Assembly (NCBI RefSeq): GCF_963921235.1
Contig: NC_086116.1
Location: forward strand, 17,112,001-17,176,000
Length of the DNA stretch: 64,000 nucleotides
Direction of reading: 5' to 3'
Source: Mobula hypostoma
Lineage: Eukaryota
The translations under genes and the position numbers were made by a program. Under the pieces are notes generated by a model. It did not search any database and had not been told where the DNA came from. It saw nothing but the letters and a program-made list of their open reading frames with translations. This document shows, one piece after another, positions 63,001 to 64,000 of this stretch. Each line of letters begins with the position of its first letter. The first letter of the stretch is position 1.

Positions 63001-63253
63001 TCAGTCTTTACCATATCAAAGCTTTTACCTTGCAGTGATTCAGCTGGTGATTCCTTCTGTTTTTCAGGGGCACTGTCTGAGTAAATATGGCTACTCCTTG
63101 CAGAAGAATGAGATTGAAAGCGAATGCACCTGCTGCTCAGCAAAAGCATCTGCACCCATCCTGGTGCCTCTGAGATGTCTGAACGGAACTGTGATTCAAC
63201 ACACAGTAATGGATGTGCAGGAATGTGGATGTGTTGCTCATAACTGTACATAA
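1..63253 (+). CDS. VWF: von Willebrand factor, 3' part of spliced CDS (23 exons, A3 to CK; 5' part lies upstream of window)
   Basis: Hand-spliced exons join into one frame of 3240 nt from base 2 to the TAA at 63253; all introns GT-AG with matching phases; domain order A3-D4-C1..C6(RGD)-CK and Cys spacing match VWF. Confidence 0.97.
229..372 (+). CDS. VWF: VWF exon 31-equivalent, A3 domain
   Basis: ccgtag|; [47 protein letters not shown]; |gtatg; 144 nt. Confidence 0.95.
420..635 (+). mobile_element. Old DeuSINE (SacSINE1/AmnSINE1-like) remnant
   Basis: gtggatgtatctgatcctttggca...gatatttattcctcaa..aacagtttat resembles the recalled Deu domain; minus-strand remnant at ~62490-62600. Confidence 0.55.
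1470..1631 (+). CDS. VWF: VWF exon 32-equivalent, end of A3
   Basis: ctgtag|; [53 protein letters not shown]; |gtgag. Confidence 0.95.
1765..1811 (+). CDS. VWF: VWF exon 33-equivalent
   Basis: polypyrimidine tract + cacag|; [15 protein letters not shown]; |gtaga; 47 nt, phase 1 to 0. Confidence 0.9.
2076..2220. repeat. Palindromic element of a second Penelope-like family with a hammerhead-like centre
   Basis: ~50-bp inverted arms (aataaactcttcttgggcttcca... / ...tggaagcccgagaagagcttatt) around minus-strand TTGATGA-A-GATGGC..GTCATC-AAAA. Confidence 0.65.
2631..2808 (+). CDS. VWF: VWF exon 34-equivalent (D4N)
   Basis: ttccag|; [17 protein letters not shown]...[11 protein letters not shown]; |gtaag; 178 nt. 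Confidence 0.95.
3500..3960 (-). mobile_element. Penelope-like element 3' fragment
   Basis: [13 protein letters not shown] endonuclease tail, pyrimidine-rich segment and degenerate hammerhead at 3553-3590. Confidence 0.75.
4130..4765 (+). mobile_element. Rex1/Babar LINE 3' fragment
   Basis: Degenerate FKFLG..HQQLYF..FYRCT coding and attctgattctga tail. Confidence 0.75.
4830..6150 (+). mobile_element. Degenerate CR1 LINE ORF2 fragments
   Basis: [39 protein letters not shown] and KSCLTNLLE remnants. Confidence 0.85.
6392..6878. mobile_element. Tc1/mariner-derived MITE
   Basis: Inverted ends tacactaagtggcta...tagccactgagtgt; the tacctaataaagtggctactgagtgt motif also occurs internally. Confidence 0.65.
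7568..7788 (+). CDS. VWF: VWF exon 35-equivalent (VWD4)
   Basis: taacag|; [30 protein letters not shown]...LHENMT; |gtaag; 221 nt. Confidence 0.95.
9040..10110 (-). mobile_element. CR1 LINE 3' end
   Basis: [26 protein letters not shown] motif and CR1 tail. Confidence 0.85.
10257..10449 (+). CDS. VWF: VWF exon 36-equivalent (VWD4)
   Basis: cactag|; [20 protein letters not shown]...RVSGLC; |gtgag; 193 nt. Confidence 0.95.
10493..11825 (-). mobile_element. Rex1/Babar LINE fragment (RT and 3' UTR)
   Basis: [21 protein letters not shown]...[12 protein letters not shown]...[11 protein letters not shown]. Confidence 0.85.
12978..14180 (+). mobile_element. Rex1/Babar LINE 3' fragment, interrupted by the HERO-like insertion
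   Basis: gacccccaccacccaggacatgccc...ccatca resumes as ggaaagaggtacagaagtctgaagacacac...aaacctgatcctga, similar to the tails at 4450-4765 and 27720-27955. Confidence 0.75.
13026..13928 (+). mobile_element. 5'-truncated HERO-like non-LTR retrotransposon with restriction-like endonuclease
   Basis: [17 protein letters not shown] knuckle, RHD, (R)[17 protein letters not shown] motifs; ORFs 13064-13444 and 13460-13780 are in one frame split by a single TGA; inserted inside a Rex1/Babar fragment. Confidence 0.8.
15297..15618 (-). mobile_element. tRNA-derived SINE nested in a V-SINE, 15-bp TSD
   Basis: A box TGGCCAAGTGG, B-box-like GGTTTGAGCC; TACAAACTCCTTACA at 15282-15296 and 15619-15633; sister copy at 54878-55145. 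Confidence 0.85.
16072..16419 (+). CDS. VWF: VWF exon 37-equivalent (VWD4 end and C8-4)
   Basis: tttcag|; [13 protein letters not shown]...[25 protein letters not shown]...[10 protein letters not shown]; |gtgag; 348 nt. Confidence 0.95.
18391..18602 (+). CDS. VWF: VWF exon 38-equivalent (TIL4)
   Basis: ttttag|; [13 protein letters not shown]...[17 protein letters not shown]...QQVHHQ; |gtaca; 212 nt. Confidence 0.95.
19080..19700 (+). mobile_element. Degenerate CR1 fragment with a Penelope-derived tail inserted at ~19380-19500
   Basis: YYLN..VQRYLG, VVKKANG and [12 protein letters not shown] remnants. Confidence 0.65.
19700..20212 (+). mobile_element. Penelope-like element 3' fragment
   Basis: [12 protein letters not shown] tail and hammerhead-like motif at 20113-20150. 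Confidence 0.75.
20332..20434 (+). CDS. VWF: VWF exon 39-equivalent (C1)
   Basis: ttgtag|; [34 protein letters not shown]; |gtgaa; 103 nt. Confidence 0.94.
20525..20830 (-). mobile_element. RTE-related SINE
   Basis: Minus strand agaaggcaatggcaaaccacttc...cttgccaagaac resembles the BovB/RTE 3' tail. Confidence 0.6.
21240..21550 (+). mobile_element. Penelope-like element fragment
   Basis: [18 protein letters not shown] remnant and hammerhead-like motif at 21450-21487. Confidence 0.75.
21625..21699 (+). CDS. VWF: VWF exon 40-equivalent
   Basis: ctctag|; [24 protein letters not shown]; |gtacg; 75 nt. Confidence 0.94.
22790..23410 (-). mobile_element. Penelope-like element 3' fragment
   Basis: [23 protein letters not shown]...[19 protein letters not shown]-terminus; hammerhead-like motif at 22884-22921. 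Confidence 0.8.
23941..24045 (+). CDS. VWF: VWF exon 41-equivalent
   Basis: ctgtag|; [34 protein letters not shown]; |gtgag; 105 nt. Confidence 0.94.
24330..24680 (-). mobile_element. CR1 LINE 3' end
   Basis: [11 protein letters not shown]...[26 protein letters not shown]. Confidence 0.85.
25570..26080 (+). mobile_element. Rex1/Babar fragments
   Basis: Degenerate [12 protein letters not shown] coding and a caataaatttactttgactttga tail. Confidence 0.6.
27230..27432 (+). CDS. VWF: VWF exon 42-equivalent
   Basis: tttcag|; [36 protein letters not shown]...YCEPNE; |gtaac; 203 nt. Confidence 0.95.
27540..28240. mobile_element. Two Rex1/Babar 3' ends in opposite orientation
   Basis: Plus-strand tail ending aaacctgattctg (~27953) and minus-strand tail starting tcagaatcagaa (28031). 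Confidence 0.7.
29130..30665 (+). mobile_element. Degenerate CR1 ORF2 (RT)
   Basis: KFADDTKL and [16 protein letters not shown]; tail ends ~50 nt before the exon 43 acceptor. Confidence 0.9.
30713..30862 (+). CDS. VWF: VWF exon 43-equivalent (C3)
   Basis: gaacag|; [25 protein letters not shown]...CNTNCPI; |gtaag; 150 nt. Confidence 0.95.
31884..32226. mobile_element. hAT-type MITE
   Basis: 15-bp perfect TIRs CAATGTTCCCTCTAA / TTAGAGGGAACATTG; 8-bp TSD ATGAGACC / GTGAGACC. Confidence 0.85.
32717..32754 (+). ncRNA. Minimal type I hammerhead-ribozyme motif (Penelope-associated), core intact
   Basis: CAGTC-CTGAAGA-AGAGTCTTGGGCT-GAAA-CGTC-ATCTG; stems I and II imperfect. Confidence 0.55.
34374..34487 (+). 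CDS. VWF: VWF exon 44-equivalent, contains integrin-binding RGD
   Basis: ccgtag|; [38 protein letters not shown]; |gtgag; RGD codons at 34452-34460. Confidence 0.95.
34782..34965 (+). CDS. VWF: VWF exon 45-equivalent (C4)
   Basis: ttgcag|; [22 protein letters not shown]...DCCPVCQC; |gtgag; 184 nt. Confidence 0.95.
36030..36070 (+). CDS. VWF: VWF exon 46-equivalent
   Basis: tttcag|; [13 protein letters not shown]; |gtaag; 41 nt. Confidence 0.9.
36453..37610 (-). mobile_element. Penelope-like insertion with inverted terminal copy and 13-bp TSD
   Basis: Minus-strand GIY-YIG fragment ([10 protein letters not shown]...ATHFN...LGSLQPNG); plus-strand tail copy at ~37425-37610; GCTCAGTATCAAT at 36440-36452 and 37611-37623. 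Confidence 0.85.
36554..36587 (-). ncRNA. Hammerhead motif with intact core and stem II but cleavage triplet deleted
   Basis: Minus strand CAGTC-CTGATGA-AGGGTCTCGGCCC-GAAA-C-ACTG, 4 nt shorter than sibling copies. Confidence 0.5.
39240..39575 (+). mobile_element. CR1 LINE 3' end
   Basis: [21 protein letters not shown]...FFTQR; ttctatgttctatg tail. Confidence 0.9.
39889..39996 (+). CDS. VWF: VWF exon 47-equivalent (C5)
   Basis: tcctag|; [36 protein letters not shown]; |gtaag; 108 nt. Confidence 0.94.
40990..41460 (-). mobile_element. CR1 LINE 3' end
   Basis: Same tail family as 9040 and 24330 (gcagaattaggccattcagccc). Confidence 0.8.
42125..42223 (+). CDS. VWF: VWF exon 48-equivalent
   Basis: ttccag|; [33 protein letters not shown]; |gttag; 99 nt. 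Confidence 0.94.
42717..43602 (-). mobile_element. Rex1/Babar LINE 3' part, well preserved, nested in a CR1 fragment
   Basis: [23 protein letters not shown]...[23 protein letters not shown]...[10 protein letters not shown]. Confidence 0.9.
43600..46080 (-). mobile_element. Fragmented CR1 including ORF1 (esterase-like) and ORF2 5' remnants
   Basis: [43 protein letters not shown]; a further repeat tail inserted at ~44020-44285. Confidence 0.75.
46490..46618 (+). CDS. VWF: VWF exon 49-equivalent (C6)
   Basis: caacag|; [43 protein letters not shown]; |gtaag; 129 nt. Confidence 0.95.
47660..47722. mobile_element. hAT-type MITE remnant
   Basis: Begins CAGGGGTTCTCAACCTTTTT, typical of Charlie-like termini. 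Confidence 0.45.
47972..48011 (+). CDS. VWF: VWF exon 50-equivalent
   Basis: acttag|; [13 protein letters not shown]; |gtgag; 40 nt. Confidence 0.9.
48361..48640 (+). mobile_element. V-SINE (HE1-like) with CR1-type tail
   Basis: tRNA-like head, gggttcaattcc B box, tgtaaggagtttgtac..ctccc V domain; relatives at ~8790-8940, 14667-14975, 15100-15705, 16535-16840, 18010-18185, 26150-26330 and 42290-42510. Confidence 0.8.
48841..49700 (-). repeat. 3' LTR (860 bp)
   Basis: Adjacent to the PPT; minus-strand AATAAA at 48924-48929 and TATA-like GATAAAAA near 49465. Confidence 0.95.
49701..49712 (-). promoter_or_regulatory. Polypurine tract
   Basis: Minus strand AAAGGGGGGAAG immediately before the 3' LTR. 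Confidence 0.85.
49873..52671 (-). CDS. 932-aa Gag-protease polyprotein with degenerate IN/RT/RNase H tail
   Basis: Coiled coil; SCAN-like capsid ([11 protein letters not shown]...LILIEQF); CCHC knuckle [14 protein letters not shown] (51532-51573); protease RDTGA (DTG at 51337-51345) and LLGND; IN zinc-finger His pair only; RT thumb YLGIVV...GYCRKF. Confidence 0.9.
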   Translation of the reverse strand: MEVEEFIKAPTLEALEDARKSELIAVAKRVNLAKVKSTMRREEIHRAIVEHYVSKGVFPQGELGEVSIEKPAGDAVQVQLEKLRLEHEFRVRQLEHEEKERERQLEREERERDRQLEREEKQREREFELEKLKIRAEQGLVPNQGGGFRATQEVRLVPPFDDTDVDRYFLHFEKVAISQEWPRDKWVVLLQSVLKGKAQQAYSALSAEDAQKYEVVKEAILRIYELVPEAYRQRFRNARKRWDRTYLEFAREMQTYCERWCASKGVEGDYDRLLQLILIEQFKGCVPEGMRPYLDEKEAATLAATAKLADEYALTHKMKVAPSKGYQKGSQDGGESPPEKSESKPGTSEKDKVDREQSGRKSPGVVCYNCGKVGHFASRCFAPRKETGKGKAEILNGCIELLSEPLGKDRSEKVQEGRERFISAGLVSVKERLKPVPVRIWRDTGACQSLILKSVLEFSSETQTGEVEVKGVGEGTESVPLHQIHLQSNLVSGLVTIGVRSELPMKDVEVLLGNDIAGGIVFPVVRLTGQPASMEAPPAMVNLAETFLPTLYETGCSEIRGSEGAGTDVAVARKEFVQTQERDEGLMVFAETALSDTALTSYCAEEEVLRKKGKSSTASADEEWGVVQKSYGDEVFNMAHEVPPDGHFAVLEETVGGIMKESYRLPRGKNVIDHDRRELRRSPAFDMLTNLVGVSVEINDARGPLIRGKNHFEKIRMGSVRWEKAIVLARSTDKVSPLIPEGVIKRLAPMCLIVPRKCKELGRWVMSVTIGRPSKQHPYFSSISVTKGLMNTEVCIGNLIRLSEASLIVNLGKNEFGHTNVTYLGIVVTQGQLAVMQATVQAIADLPTPTDKRALRRLLEMVGYCRKFCNNSAVNTRPPPTKPLRGKIESEWDDPCCCGPGQNQMRGYIGRNSSVFLATMKFAELEPGLRDY
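52741..52766 (-). promoter_or_regulatory. Primer binding site, tRNA-Pro-like
   Basis: Minus strand TGGGGTTCTCGTCCGCGATTTTGAAC, 4 nt after the 5' LTR; resembles the tRNA-Pro PBS TGGGGGCTCGTCCGGGAT. Confidence 0.8.
52771..53651 (-). repeat. 5' LTR (881 bp)
   Basis: Direct repeat of 48841-49700 with an extra 20-bp tandem unit near 53121-53160 and one extra T; adjacent to the PBS. Confidence 0.95.
54168..54271 (+). CDS. VWF: VWF exon 51-equivalent (CK domain, N-terminal part)
   Basis: attcag|; (C)[34 protein letters not shown]; |gtact; 104 nt. Confidence 0.93.
54878..55145 (+). mobile_element. tRNA-derived SINE, same family as 15297-15618
   Basis: gtggccaagtggttaaggc...gtttgagccc...gtgtccttgagcaaggcacttaacc. 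Confidence 0.85.
57389..58047 (+). mobile_element. CR1 LINE 3' end, well preserved, with 6-bp TSD
   Basis: Open frame [18 protein letters not shown]...[14 protein letters not shown]; ATTTCA at 57383-57388 and 58048-58053. Confidence 0.92.
59185..59410. repeat. Palindromic Penelope-tail derivative
   Basis: tgctggaggaactcagcaggtcaggcagcatctatgg faces its reverse complement; similar palindromes at ~23560-23757, 35260-35445, 38170-38345, 55300-55460 and 58556-58770. Confidence 0.7.
60860..61250. repeat. Degenerate CA-rich low-complexity tract
   Basis: Many interrupted (CA)n runs. Confidence 0.8.
61415..62425 (+). mobile_element. CR1 LINE 3' end, well preserved
   Basis: 250-aa open frame: [20 protein letters not shown]...[19 protein letters not shown]. 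Confidence 0.93.
63068..63253 (+). CDS. VWF: VWF last exon (52-equivalent), cystine knot and stop
   Basis: tttcag|; [61 protein letters not shown]. Confidence 0.96.
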   Translation, partial: GHCLSKYGYSLQKNEIESECTCCSAKASAPILVPLRCLNGTVIQHTVMDVQECGCVAHNCT

Positions 63254-63510
63254 ATGAACTGAAACAGGTTGAAGGCATTGCCGGACCTTTTGACCAAGAA
63301 ATTCTAATATTTCAAGTTCAGAATTTAATTCCCAGTTTCTTGTTGCTTTACAAGTGATAATATCCAACCTAATGTCTCTTGCTCAGAAAACATTCATTGT
63401 AAATTTCACTTTTTGCAAATTCTTGCTTTGTTGCTGAAGTAACAGTTATGAATTAATGTCCTATTCACCATATAAACTATGTTGGTTTCAAATTTACACA
63501 AATGAATGCA

Positions 63511-63516
63511 AATAAA
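63511..63516 (+). terminator. Probable VWF polyadenylation signal
   Basis: AATAAA ~260 nt after the stop codon, with a T/GT-rich stretch at ~63558-63572. Confidence 0.65.
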
Positions 63517-64000
63517 ACTCATCTGTAGAGTTGAAACCCAAATAGTGATCAGTGGATCTTTATTTTGGTGTTAAGGAAGCTTTAAGATCATTTCAAACAT
63601 CTCAACCCATCATTGACCTGAACTAGCTCACAGAGTTACCTTTACATCACACTCTTCTACATGTGCAGCACAAACTTTCCTTTTGATGTGTAAATTAAAC
63701 CCCGTTTGAAAAGTCGCTATTGAAATGTCTTTCCGCCATTTGTTTGAGCTCAGCAGCACAGACTAGAATGTAGGCTTTGGATTGAGATATAGATGAGTGA
63801 GTTTCCCACCTTTGAACTCTTCAAATAATGACAGGCTGCCTCCATTACATGGCATTTGATGCACGTTCTTAGGTATAGCCTTGGTGAAGTGTCAGTATAA
63901 GCTGGAATCAGGACAAATGTGGAGTGTCTGTGGCTAATGTTTCACTGAATGGCTTCAACATTACTTAAACTTCTCTAAGTAGCCTAAATTTTACCATAGT

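Noticed and set aside
1-63253. Mucin, otogelin or SCO-spondin instead of VWF, or a VWF pseudogene
   Set aside because: An A domain directly followed by D4, six C domains with RGD and a CK is specific to VWF; no stop or frameshift was found in any exon.

Overview
Vertebrate genomic DNA, AT-rich and repeat-dense. The mix of CR1, Rex1/Babar, V-SINE, DeuSINE and Penelope repeats suggests a cartilaginous fish, probably a ray (inference). The whole window is the 3' half of a von Willebrand factor (VWF) gene on the + strand. I traced 23 exons by hand, equivalent to human exons 30-52. All introns are GT-AG with consistent phases, and the exons splice into one 3240-nt frame (1079 aa plus stop): A3, D4 assembly, C1-C6 with an RGD, and the C-terminal cystine knot. 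The stop is at 63253 and an AATAAA at 63511. The introns hold: (i) a young, complete 4.8-kb Gmr1-type Gypsy LTR element with ~99% identical LTRs, AATT target-site duplication and a tRNA-Pro-like PBS, whose single 932-aa ORF keeps Gag and protease but only collapsed, catalytically dead IN/RT/RNase H remnants; (ii) many Penelope-like element fragments carrying minimal hammerhead-ribozyme motifs, several in inverted arrangements; (iii) a HERO-like restriction-endonuclease LINE fragment; (iv) many CR1, Rex1/Babar, SINE and MITE copies, including nested insertions with visible TSDs. Most short ORFs in the supplied track are repeat-derived or spurious. Comparisons to human VWF and to repeat consensuses are from memory; no database search was run. 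Repeat boundaries are approximate unless a TSD or TIR is quoted.
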